From Clostridia bacterium (GTDB lineage Bacteria; Bacillota; Clostridia; Christensenellales; Borkfalkiaceae): a stretch of DNA of 64,000 bases. Under the pieces are notes generated by a model. That model worked only from the letters and a program-made list of their open reading frames with translations, was not told the origin of the DNA and did no database searches. The stretch covers positions 31,623 to 95,622 of the forward strand of contig JAFQWV010000027.1 in assembly GCA_017407325.1 (NCBI GenBank). Reading direction: 5' to 3'. The translations under genes and the position numbers were made by a program. Positions 18,375 to 26,897 of this stretch are shown here, one piece after another. The number at the start of each line of letters is the position of its first letter. The first letter of the stretch is position 1.

Positions 18375-20141
18375 ATGTCTAAAGTAAATATTAAAATTGA
18401 AGGCATACCTTTCGAGGTAGAAGCCGGTCAAACGATTTTAGAAGCAGCCAAGGCTTGCGGTTTTGAAATCCCTTCGCTTTGCGCTTTTAATCACGGAGAA
18501 TGTTCAAAAGGCTCCTGCCGTGTTTGTCTTGTTGAAGCAACCGGCGCTAGAGGCTTAGTTGCATCTTGCGTATACCCTGTTAGCGAAGGTATGGAAATTA
18601 CTATTTCTTCACCAAAAGCTACTGCTGCAAGAAGATCTTCTGTTGAACTTTTATTATCTAATCACAACAAAAACTGCCAACAATGTGAAAAGAACGGCAA
18701 ATGCGAGCTTTTACACGTTGCTAAAATAACCGGTGCTAGAGACGATATGTATCAAGGTGCACAAACACCTACTACTCTCGACCGTCTTACCCCTTCTATC
18801 GTCAGAGATACGTCTAAATGTATCCTTTGCGGTAGATGTGTTGAAAGATGTAAAAACGCACACGGCTTAGGTATTTTAGGCTTTGAAAAGCGTGGTTTCA
18901 ACACTATCGTTTCCCCTGCTGAAAACAGAAGCTTTGCTAACTCTCCTTGTATCCTTTGCGGTCAATGCGTAAGCGTTTGTCCAACGGGTGCTTTAATGGA
19001 AGTTTCTGAAATCGAAAAAGTTGATGCAGCATTTAAAGCCGGTAAATACGTAGTAGTTCAAACTGCCCCTGCAGTAAGAGCTGCGCTCGGCGAAGAATTC
19101 GATATGCCTATCGGCTCGCTCGTTACAGGTAAAATGGTTTCTGCCCTAAAGCGCCTTGGCTTTAAGAAGGTATTTGATACTAACTTTGCAGCAGACCTTA
19201 CTATTATGGAAGAAGCAACCGAACTTCTTGACAGAATCAATAACGGTGGCGTTCTCCCTATGATTACTTCTTGTTCTCCAGGCTGGGTAAACTACGCTGA
19301 AATTAACTACGGCGAACTTTTACCACACCTTTCAAGCTGTAAGTCACCACACGAAATGTTCGGTGCTATCTTGAAAAATTACTACGCTGAAAAGAACGGT
19401 ATTAAGCCTGAAGATATGTTCGTCGTTTCTATCATGCCTTGTACTGCTAAAAAGTACGAAAAAGATAGACCAGAGCTTTCTGTAAACGGTCTTAAGGACG
19501 TTGACGCTGTTTTAACTACGAGAGAGCTTGGTAAACTCATCAAGCGTTCTGGTATCAACTTTACTAAACTTTCTGACTCTGAATTTGACAACGATATCGT
19601 TGGCGAATATTCAGGTGCAGGCGTAATCTTCGGAACGACCGGTGGCGTTATGGAAGCGGCTCTTCGTACTGCTGCGTACACCCTAACAGGTAAAGAACTT
19701 GAAAAAGTTGAGCTTACCGAAGTTCGCGGTTTCGAAGGTATCAAAGAAGCATCTTACAACTTAGCAGGAAAAGAAGTTAGAATCGCAGTTGCTCACGGTA
19801 TGAAAAATGCTAAAGTTTTACTTGACCAAATTAAAGACGGCACAAGCAAATATCACTTTATTGAAATTATGGGCTGTCCGGGTGGCTGTATCGCAGGTGG
19901 CGGACAACCGTACGTAAAACCTTGCTTCTTGCCAAACGAAGGCGCTGATATTTTAGATACTTACAAGCAAAAGAGAGCAAGCGCGCTTTATTCTGAAGAC
20001 GAATCAAAACAAATCAGAGTTTCTCACAAGAACCCACAAATTATTGACCTTTATAAAAACTTCCTTGGAAAGCCAAACTCTCACAAGGCTCACGAGCTTC
20101 TTCACACTACTTACGTAAAGAGAGAAAAGTTCACGAAGTAA
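18375..20141 (+). CDS. hydA: [FeFe] hydrogenase catalytic subunit (M3-type, trimeric/bifurcating-type context)
   Basis: 588 aa. N-terminal 2Fe-2S, HNKNCQQCEKNGKC and two 4Fe-4S ferredoxin motifs. H-cluster motifs MPCTAKK and EIMGCPGGCIAGGGQP are canonical, but motif L1 reads TSCSPGW (19266-19286). Confidence 0.92.
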   Translation: MSKVNIKIEGIPFEVEAGQTILEAAKACGFEIPSLCAFNHGECSKGSCRVCLVEATGARGLVASCVYPVSEGMEITISSPKATAARRSSVELLLSNHNKNCQQCEKNGKCELLHVAKITGARDDMYQGAQTPTTLDRLTPSIVRDTSKCILCGRCVERCKNAHGLGILGFEKRGFNTIVSPAENRSFANSPCILCGQCVSVCPTGALMEVSEIEKVDAAFKAGKYVVVQTAPAVRAALGEEFDMPIGSLVTGKMVSALKRLGFKKVFDTNFAADLTIMEEATELLDRINNGGVLPMITSCSPGWVNYAEINYGELLPHLSSCKSPHEMFGAILKNYYAEKNGIKPEDMFVVSIMPCTAKKYEKDRPELSVNGLKDVDAVLTTRELGKLIKRSGINFTKLSDSEFDNDIVGEYSGAGVIFGTTGGVMEAALRTAAYTLTGKELEKVELTEVRGFEGIKEASYNLAGKEVRIAVAHGMKNAKVLLDQIKDGTSKYHFIEIMGCPGGCIAGGGQPYVKPCFLPNEGADILDTYKQKRASALYSEDESKQIRVSHKNPQIIDLYKNFLGKPNSHKAHELLHTTYVKREKFTK

Positions 20142-20150
20142 TAAAATTAC

Positions 20151-20186
20151 AAAGGGTAGTCCAAACTTGGACTACCCTTTTTTTTG
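20151..20186 (+). terminator. intrinsic terminator after hydA
   Basis: AAAGGGTAGTCCAAacTTGGACTACCCTTTTTTTT. Confidence 0.9.
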
Positions 20187-20220
20187 CTTTAATCGTTCTA
20201 TAAGTCGATTATTGCACTTT

Positions 20221-21096
20221 TTATAGGTTTATTTTGTTTTTCAAAACCCTTGCTTGATAGAAAAATCCTAAAATAGAGCCACCTATAAGAAATACCGTTC
20301 CAAACAGCGTCGTTAAAAAGTTTACCGTTTCGTTTGATAAGAAATCATAAATATAATTCGTCGAAACGTTTACGTTTATAAACCAACCGAAAAAGACTTC
20401 AAGCGTTATAACCGTTATTACTATTGATAACGCTTTGAATACACCTGATTTATTTCTGAAAAAGCACACTAGCGTGTTATCGGCAACCACTACGAAAACA
20501 ACTAACAAAATTACGTTCAACCATTTAAAAATGATAGACGTTTTTCTAAGGGCACAAAGCGCTGGAAAATCTGCAAATTTAAAAACTTCGTTTGCTCCAC
20601 CGCCAAAAGTAAAAGCAAGCACTATTCCCAGTATGATTAAGATTGTAGAAATCAAATTTAAAACTACGGAAACGATTTGTTTTGCTAAAAGATGTTCTTC
20701 AATCGTTGCCGGCACGCTTAACATTACGTACCCGTGCGAACCAAAAAAGCATTTTTTAAATCTATTTGACGTTTTTATGCTCATCATACAAAGTAGCGTA
20801 CCGCCGATACCTGCAAAAAGCATAATCGAGAAAATAAGCGACAGTTGCGCGTTGTAATACCCCATCGACTCAGGATTTAAATTTTTCATTAGCGACGCTG
20901 AACTGCAGGTTGAAATTATTGCAGTAACAAGTATTACGAGCAAGATTAAATAAGTCGTAAAAATCGGTTTAATTTCATACTTTAACAATTTTTTAAGAAC
21001 GTATCCGCGCACTTTTTTGACGTTTCCGTTTTTATCGTAATCGGAAACAGGAACGCTGAACGGACTGTCAACCATAACTTTTTCTTCTACGCCCAT
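20221..21096 (-). CDS. multi-pass membrane protein, probable permease partner of the ABC ATPase
   Basis: 291 aa with about 6 hydrophobic segments. Its ATG overlaps the ATPase stop by 10 nt. Confidence 0.7.
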   Translation of the reverse strand: MGVEEKVMVDSPFSVPVSDYDKNGNVKKVRGYVLKKLLKYEIKPIFTTYLILLVILVTAIISTCSSASLMKNLNPESMGYYNAQLSLIFSIMLFAGIGGTLLCMMSIKTSNRFKKCFFGSHGYVMLSVPATIEEHLLAKQIVSVVLNLISTILIILGIVLAFTFGGGANEVFKFADFPALCALRKTSIIFKWLNVILLVVFVVVADNTLVCFFRNKSGVFKALSIVITVITLEVFFGWFINVNVSTNYIYDFLSNETVNFLTTLFGTVFLIGGSILGFFYQARVLKNKINL

Positions 21097-21791
21097 CTGA
21101 ACACCTCCCTAAAAAGTTCGTCAATACTCTTTCCTTTCTCTAGGCGAATTTCTTCGGTCTTTCCCGAAAGCACGATTTCACCGTTTTTAATAAACAAAAT
21201 ATGGTCGAAATAATTTTCAATCTCGCTTATTAAATGAGTACTGATAATTAGCGTTGCATTTTCATTTTTCATCTTAATTATCGTCTCGAGTATGTAATCG
21301 CGCGCAGCAGGATCGACGCCAGCGATAGGCTCGTCTAAAATATAAAGTTTCGCATCTCGCGATAAGGTTAAAATAAGCGCAAGTTTTTCTTTCGTACCTT
21401 TTGATAAGGTTTTAATTTTAAGCGCTGGATTAATTTGAAGTTCTATTAGCATTTTCTCGGCTTTAGGCTTGTTAAAGTCGTAGAAAAAATCTTCGTAAAA
21501 CTGCATTTGCTCGTTAACCGTAAAATCGTTAAAAAGCGAGTACGCATCAGATAGGTACGAAACGGCAGATTTGGTTTCTACACCGCGTTCTTTTCCCAGT
21601 ATTTTAATACTGCCTGCCGTCGGGGTTAAAAGCCCAGCAATAAGTTTAATCAAAGTCGTCTTGCCACTGCCGTTAGGACCTAAAAGTCCCACTATAGCAC
21701 CGTTATCTTCAAGTTTTAGGTTTACGTTAGACAAAGCAAGATTATCTTTGTACATTTTCGTAAGATTTTCGCATTCTAAAATATATTCCAA
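21087..21791 (-). CDS. ABC transporter ATP-binding protein
   Basis: Walker A GPNGSGKTT, signature LSKGTKEKL, Walker B LYILDEP. AAGGAGGTG SD sits 6 nt before TTG 21791. The ORF-track N-terminal extension overlaps the promoter. Confidence 0.9.
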   Translation of the reverse strand: MEYILECENLTKMYKDNLALSNVNLKLEDNGAIVGLLGPNGSGKTTLIKLIAGLLTPTAGSIKILGKERGVETKSAVSYLSDAYSLFNDFTVNEQMQFYEDFFYDFNKPKAEKMLIELQINPALKIKTLSKGTKEKLALILTLSRDAKLYILDEPIAGVDPAARDYILETIIKMKNENATLIISTHLISEIENYFDHILFIKNGEIVLSGKTEEIRLEKGKSIDELFREVFRWA

Positions 21792-21813
21792 TTTTATCCA
21801 CCTCCTTGCTACT

Positions 21814-21842
21814 ATTATACTACCTATATGTATCTGTGTCAA
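21814..21842 (-). promoter_or_regulatory. consensus sigma-A promoter of the ABC operon
   Basis: Minus strand reads TTGACA, 17-nt spacer, TATAAT. Confidence 0.75.
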
Positions 21843-21845
21843 TCC

Positions 21846-21874
21846 CCAAAATAAAACGCCGAATTTCTCGGCGC
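21846..21874 (-). terminator. intrinsic terminator after sigE
   Basis: Minus strand reads GCGCCGAgaaatTCGGCGT followed by TTTATTTT. Confidence 0.7.
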
Positions 21875-22588
21875 TTATTCTTGTTCTGCTTTTTTAATTT
21901 CCTTTCTTAACCTTGCAACAATCTTTTTTTCAAGCCGTGATATGTACGACTGCGAGATACCTAAAAGGTCGGCAACTTCTTTTTGGGTAAGTTCTTTTCC
22001 GCCACCTAACCCAAACCTTAAATTCATTATTTGTCTTTCGCGTGGGTTTAACTTTAAAATCGCGTTTTTAAGTTGCTCGTGCTCGGCAGAAATTTCTAAA
22101 TTTTTCGAAACGACGTCAGAGTCCGTTCCTAATACGTCGGATAGTAGCAATTCGTTACCTTCCCAATCGACGTTTAACGGCTCGTCAAACGAAACTTCGC
22201 CTTTTATCTTTGAAACGCGCCTTAAGTGCATCAAAATCTCGTTTTCAATACAGCGTGAAGCGTAAGTTGCAAGCTTAATTTTCTTTTCCGCGTCAAACGA
22301 ATTTATCGCCTTAATAAGCCCAATCGTCCCGACTGAAATAAGATCGTCAAGCTCAATCCCCGTGTTATCAAATTTTCTCGCTATATATACTACAAGTCGC
22401 AAATTTCTCTCGATTAAAAGTTTTTTAACTTCACTATCACCGTCAGCGAGAAGTTTAATTTTCTCTTGTTCTTCTTCGCTATCAAGTGGCTCGGGCAAAG
22501 TTTCAGCACCCGACATATAATGAATATACTGTGGCTTGCGAAAGAGTTTTAATATTAATTTTTTAATTTTTGCAAAGAGTTTTTTCAT
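21875..22588 (-). CDS. sigE: RNA polymerase sporulation sigma factor E (pro-sigma-E)
   Basis: 237 aa. Basic pro-sequence [16 protein letters not shown], then [23 protein letters not shown] and [20 protein letters not shown], closely like B. subtilis SigE. Confidence 0.92.
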   Translation of the reverse strand: MKKLFAKIKKLILKLFRKPQYIHYMSGAETLPEPLDSEEEQEKIKLLADGDSEVKKLLIERNLRLVVYIARKFDNTGIELDDLISVGTIGLIKAINSFDAEKKIKLATYASRCIENEILMHLRRVSKIKGEVSFDEPLNVDWEGNELLLSDVLGTDSDVVSKNLEISAEHEQLKNAILKLNPRERQIMNLRFGLGGGKELTQKEVADLLGISQSYISRLEKKIVARLRKEIKKAEQE

Positions 22589-22621
22589 ATTTACCCCCTA
22601 ATAACCGTGTTATAGCCTAAT

Positions 22622-23422
22622 TTATAGAAAAAATGCACCAATTATTATTTCTGCGTCATCGCAAAGTTTATTCGTGCTTTTATTAAACCCTAAAACCGCG
22701 TCAAAAACGCGAGTCGTTCCGTTTATTGAAATCGTCACGCTGTCAATATCGTATAAAGCAAGGTCACCTATACCGCTAGCCGTCGTTATCGGCATAAATC
22801 TTGACGCGCTTTTTCCGTTAAACAATTTATCAATCACCTCGCTTTCGCAAACGAGAACGGGAAGATTCGTTTTTGCATCAACTAAAGTGTTTCCACTGTC
22901 GACAAAAGCCGTAAATTTTTTGCGTATTCCATTAACTTCAAGCGTTATTTCGCACTCGAAATTTTTGTTTAGTTTATTAATTTTAGAAAGAGTAACCTTT
23001 TTTATTATCTTATAGCATAAAAACGCGACTAAAAAATTTATACCGACGGGAAGTACGCCTGCATTTTTGACACCTTCAGTTGAATAGTCAATACCTAATA
23101 AACTTAAAACGCCTATTATCGTACCGCCTACTGCAAAAGTTAACAGAATAAAAACGTTTAAAAATTTCAGATAGTTAAAAACGGTCTTATGCTCGCACGA
23201 AATTAAAGTTATAAGCATTGCAAGTATAATTTTTATTAAAAAAGATATACCGTCGTTAAGATTAAACATCGGAACTATCACCGCAATTATAGTTCCTACG
23301 ATTGCACCGAGCGAAAGTCTAAAAAACGTGGAGCGCGTTTTGGTAAGTTTCGCCGTTCCCTTTAAAAGAAGGTAGTCCATTATTAAATTATCAATAATAG
23401 CATATTCAAGATAAACTTCCAT
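22622..23422 (-). CDS. spoIIGA: sigma-E processing peptidase SpoIIGA
   Basis: 266 aa. N-terminal membrane domain starts MEVYLEYAIIDNLIMDYLLL. C-terminal aspartic protease motif is VDSGNTLVD. Lies directly upstream of sigE. Confidence 0.88.
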   Translation of the reverse strand: MEVYLEYAIIDNLIMDYLLLKGTAKLTKTRSTFFRLSLGAIVGTIIAVIVPMFNLNDGISFLIKIILAMLITLISCEHKTVFNYLKFLNVFILLTFAVGGTIIGVLSLLGIDYSTEGVKNAGVLPVGINFLVAFLCYKIIKKVTLSKINKLNKNFECEITLEVNGIRKKFTAFVDSGNTLVDAKTNLPVLVCESEVIDKLFNGKSASRFMPITTASGIGDLALYDIDSVTISINGTTRVFDAVLGFNKSTNKLCDDAEIIIGAFFL

Positions 23423-23502
23423 AATACTACTTTATATAAATTTAACCCAAAAATTATAACTAACTTTGTTACATAATAAATAATTTTGTCAAAACTAAAA
23501 AC

Positions 23503-23550
23503 AAAAAACCGCGCTATACGGCGAAAATCGCCCTATAGCGCGGTTTTTTA
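23503..23550. terminator. bidirectional terminator-like hairpin
   Basis: AAAAAACCGCGCTATA ... TATAGCGCGGTTTTTT with a nested CGGCGAaaaTCGCC hairpin. Confidence 0.7.
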
Positions 23551-23585
23551 TAGTTTTATATAAAATGCTATTTCTTTCTCTATTA

Positions 23586-23752
23586 GTGAAGTTTTCGCTA
23601 GCGAAAATGAAGTTGTGCTATGCACAGTGAAGTTGCTCACTTTTCTCGCAGTGAAGTTAAGTTTGCCAATAACTTCGCCGTTAGGCGAAACTTCACTCAC
23701 AAAGTGAACTTCACTATCGAAGATAACTTCACTTGCCCAAAGGGCAAACTTA
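23586..23752. repeat. quasi-palindromic word-plus-hairpin array (GTGAAGTT x4, then AACTTCAC x3-4)
   Basis: Words are at 23586, 23607, 23627 and 23651 (forward) and at 23689, 23707 and 23725 (reverse complement). Different small hairpins lie between them: TTCGCtaGCGAA, GTGCtatGCAC, CGCCgttaGGCG, TCACaaaGTGA, TATCgaaGATA, TTGCCCaaaGGGCAA. Confidence 0.85.
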
Positions 23753-23809
23753 GTTTTAGCGTGAACACTCCGTTAAGAGTATTCACGCTAATTGCCGAGC
23801 GTTTTTTAA

Positions 23810-25381
23810 TTAAAATTCTAAAAGTTTTAAATATTCGTTTTTGTCAACAGCAGCAAGGAACAAGTATAATCTTGGACCTTGATCGCTACCGATTAATAAG
23901 TTATAGAACACTTTGAAGAACTTTTGTTGACGAGCCATATTTTCTTTCTTCGTCAAGTTTACGTCGTTTATAATCGTGTATAAATAACTTTGGATATCTT
24001 TATCAGTAAAACCTTCGGTGTTTTTAACGTATTCGTAAAGGTTTTTAACCGCAAGCTTTTCTTCTTCGTCGCAAGCGTCGTAAAACTCTTGATTTTTATT
24101 TTCTAAAAGTTTATACATCTTTGACGGTTGGTGATTCGTAATCCAATTCTTAACGCGCGCAAGTCTTGATTCGTCAGCCTTGTCAAACTCAATGCCGATT
24201 TTACCAAGTAAAGCTTTAACTGCATCAGGTTTAAAATCAACTACCGTTGCAATACTTGCTAAAACGCCGAACGGAACTTTTGACTTAGTCTTGTCGCCGT
24301 CAATTAAACTAAATTCGTAAACCGTTTGATTAAACTCGTCACTAGTGCCGTTTTTAACTGCCTCTAAGCCCTTATCAAACTCGCTATAATGGCGAATAAT
24401 AGTGTCGTCAAAATTGAACGCAAACGGTGCTTTAGGCTCGTATTTAGCAAAGAGCCATCTAATCATATCAGGCTCGTACACCTTTAAAAGTGTAGCAGGC
24501 GTAATGTTGTTACCTGTAGAACTGTGCATATCGCCAAGTCCAGCAATAGAAAGCCAGCCGTAACCTTGGAAAAGCGGTGGTTCAACCCCTAAAACGTTTT
24601 TAGCGATATCGCTTGCTACGACGTAGCTACCGCTTGATGCGGCGTGGTCAATACCACCCGGTTCAAAGTCAACCCCTTCAACGCCCCAACGCATTGGCCA
24701 GTCAACCTTCCAAACGAGTTTAATAAGATTATATTCGCGAATTTTAACCGTCTTAGTTTGACCACACTTTTTACATCTGAAAGTAATTTCTTCGCAGTCG
24801 TCAGAAACGGATAAAACCTCGGTAAAGTCTTTCATTTCGCAGTCGCAGTAAACGTTTAACGGATAGTAATTATCTCTGTCGTCTTCCGTCGCGTCCTGAG
24901 TTTTATAACTCATTAAAATGTCGTAAATTTCTTTACGCTTTTTGAGTGCGAAAATTATGCCGTCAGCGTATCTTCCCGAAGTGTATTCCTTTGCTTGATA
25001 TCTATAATCTGCACTAATACCAAGTTCTTTTAAAGAATTTTCAAATTCCTTTTCGTTGTATTCGGCATACGTAGAGTATACACCGTACGGATCTGGAATA
25101 TAAGCGTAAGGCATACCGATATATTTTTCAAAATCAGGACAAATTTTTACAATGTTTGACGGCGCTTTTCTAAGTCTGTCAAACTCGTCCCACGAAAATA
25201 ATAATTTTGCTTTTTTACCCATTTTTTCAAGAGCCTTGCAAACGTAGAAACTCGTTGCAACGTCTCTGAAATTTCCGATGTGCACAGATCCACTCGGACT
25301 AATACCAGCGGCACAAACGTACACGTCTTTATTAGGTTTTCTTGCTATAAGTTCTTCAGCAATTTTCTCTGCCCAATGCAT
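23810..25381 (-). CDS. lysK: class I lysine--tRNA ligase
   Basis: 523 aa. N-terminus MHWAEKIAEEL...AAGISPSGSVHIGNFRD (HIGN) and overall layout resemble archaeal/spirochaetal-type LysRS. The KMSKS-equivalent loop reads GDMHSSTG. Confidence 0.82.
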   Translation of the reverse strand: MHWAEKIAEELIARKPNKDVYVCAAGISPSGSVHIGNFRDVATSFYVCKALEKMGKKAKLLFSWDEFDRLRKAPSNIVKICPDFEKYIGMPYAYIPDPYGVYSTYAEYNEKEFENSLKELGISADYRYQAKEYTSGRYADGIIFALKKRKEIYDILMSYKTQDATEDDRDNYYPLNVYCDCEMKDFTEVLSVSDDCEEITFRCKKCGQTKTVKIREYNLIKLVWKVDWPMRWGVEGVDFEPGGIDHAASSGSYVVASDIAKNVLGVEPPLFQGYGWLSIAGLGDMHSSTGNNITPATLLKVYEPDMIRWLFAKYEPKAPFAFNFDDTIIRHYSEFDKGLEAVKNGTSDEFNQTVYEFSLIDGDKTKSKVPFGVLASIATVVDFKPDAVKALLGKIGIEFDKADESRLARVKNWITNHQPSKMYKLLENKNQEFYDACDEEEKLAVKNLYEYVKNTEGFTDKDIQSYLYTIINDVNLTKKENMARQQKFFKVFYNLLIGSDQGPRLYLFLAAVDKNEYLKLLEF

Positions 25382-25447
25382 AATTCCACCTCTAAATTTG
25401 GTATGTTTTATTGATTTAATCGACTTATACGCCGATTTATTAGTTTT

Positions 25448-25990
25448 CTAACCTTTTTTAACTCTCTCTTCAATAGCCCTTGCGACTTCTTCAGGAGTAA
25501 GGCTTGTAGTATCAATTACGCAGTCGTAATTTGATAAGTTTAAAATATCTAAACCGTAAAAGTTTTTATATCTTAACGCTTCGCTTTTTCTTCGCGCGGT
25601 AAGTTTATCAAGTGCCTCGTCTACGCTTTTATACCCTTCGTCAGCGCGACCTGCATTGAACACTCTCTCTGCTGCAACGCGCGGATCGACTTTAAGGTAA
25701 AAACTCAAGGTTGAAGGAACGAAATGCCACGCAAGACGCGAATCGAAAATAAAATTACCGTCTACACTTTCGTAACTTGCTAAATAGTCGTCAATCTTTT
25801 TGTCGTACGCTGGATTTCCTTCGATATGGCGGTTAAATTCTTCTATCGTCATACCTTCTTCCTGCGCGAGTTTTCTTAAAATAACACCCGTTGAAACTCG
25901 AGTTACTTCGTGACGGGAAGAAAGTATTCCCATAACGGTACTTTTACCGCTACCTAAGTCCCCTGTTATCGAAATTCTGAATTTTTCCAT
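25448..25990 (-). CDS. cytidylate kinase-like family P-loop protein
   Basis: 180 aa with P-loop GDLGSGKST and the size and pattern of the (d)CMP kinase-like family. Confidence 0.75.
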   Translation of the reverse strand: MEKFRISITGDLGSGKSTVMGILSSRHEVTRVSTGVILRKLAQEEGMTIEEFNRHIEGNPAYDKKIDDYLASYESVDGNFIFDSRLAWHFVPSTLSFYLKVDPRVAAERVFNAGRADEGYKSVDEALDKLTARRKSEALRYKNFYGLDILNLSNYDCVIDTTSLTPEEVARAIEERVKKG

Positions 25991-26069
25991 AATACACCTA
26001 TAAACTTTAATAAGTATATATTATTTAACTAATATAGTCAACAAAAATACAAGTTGAATTTTATAAAAC

Positions 26070-26897
26070 TTAAACCGAAATATTCTGTTTTTCTAAAAAC
26101 GCGATAATCGGTTTTGTCAACAACTCAAACTGTAAAGTATCGTTTGGATAAACCGCGCTAAAAGTCTTTTTAAGTCCGTCAAATAAAATTTTTGTTCTCG
26201 AAGTTTTTTCTCTTACGTCTAAAACTACCGTAACCATAAAAATTTGCGGTACTTCCATAAGTTTAGTTTTTGCCGATTGAGATAGCGCAAATAAACTTTT
26301 TGCTCTATCAAAAAGATTTCCGAACCAAGAAATTTCAAGTGCAAACTGCAAATTGTTCTCGTTTGCATTTTCACCTTTAGAAAGTTCTACGGCAATAAAG
26401 AGTGCTTGCAAATATTCGTTTACCGACTTAAGCATCTCGGCGCGATTAAAACTTATTTTGTTTTTCTGCGCTTTGAAATATTCGTAAAACTCGGTAGCGT
26501 CTTCAAAGAATTTTTTAGCCGTCTTTTTAGCGAACTTATAGTTCTTTTTTTCAACACCTAATTCCGAAAACATATCCATTTGACTTTCCCCCGCCTCAAG
26601 GTCAGCCCTTTCCCGAACAAAGGGCTGACCGTTTTTGGGGAATTTTTCAACCTGTTTTATAGGTTTAGGTATATTTACGTTTTCTTGAATTTTATCTTCT
26701 TTTTTGGCAACCGATTTTTCAGATTTTTCAGTGCTTAATTTTTCTTTCTTTACAGATTTCTTTTCTTTAGATTCAGATTTTATCGTTTTATCGACGTATA
26801 GCGCGACTTTTTTATTTTCTTTGCGCTCTTTAAGGTCGACGGTTTCACCGTCAAAAAAACCTTTATCGTAAAACTTAATCTTTACTGTGCCTGGCAA
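26070..26897 (-). CDS. hypothetical Lys/Glu-rich protein (start uncertain)
   Basis: 275-aa ORF from a TTG without SD, overlapping the parC end by 23 nt. An internal ATG (MDMFSELG) has a GGGGGA SD. No recognisable motif. Confidence 0.45.
   Translation of the reverse strand: MPGTVKIKFYDKGFFDGETVDLKERKENKKVALYVDKTIKSESKEKKSVKKEKLSTEKSEKSVAKKEDKIQENVNIPKPIKQVEKFPKNGQPFVRERADLEAGESQMDMFSELGVEKKNYKFAKKTAKKFFEDATEFYEYFKAQKNKISFNRAEMLKSVNEYLQALFIAVELSKGENANENNLQFALEISWFGNLFDRAKSLFALSQSAKTKLMEVPQIFMVTVVLDVREKTSRTKILFDGLKKTFSAVYPNDTLQFELLTKPIIAFLEKQNISV

Noticed and set aside
21792-21842. N-terminal extension of the ABC ATPase (MTQIHIGSIIVARRWIK)
   Set aside because: It contains the consensus TTGACA-17-TATAAT promoter and the AAGGAGGTG SD. 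The real start is TTG 21791.
23620-23916. 98-aa ORF across the GTGAAGTT array, and 43427-43615, a 62-aa ORF across the CTCGATATG array
   Set aside because: Both lie entirely in hairpin-word repeats, have no SD, and give a low-complexity repetitive translation. The first also overlaps the lysK 3-prime end.
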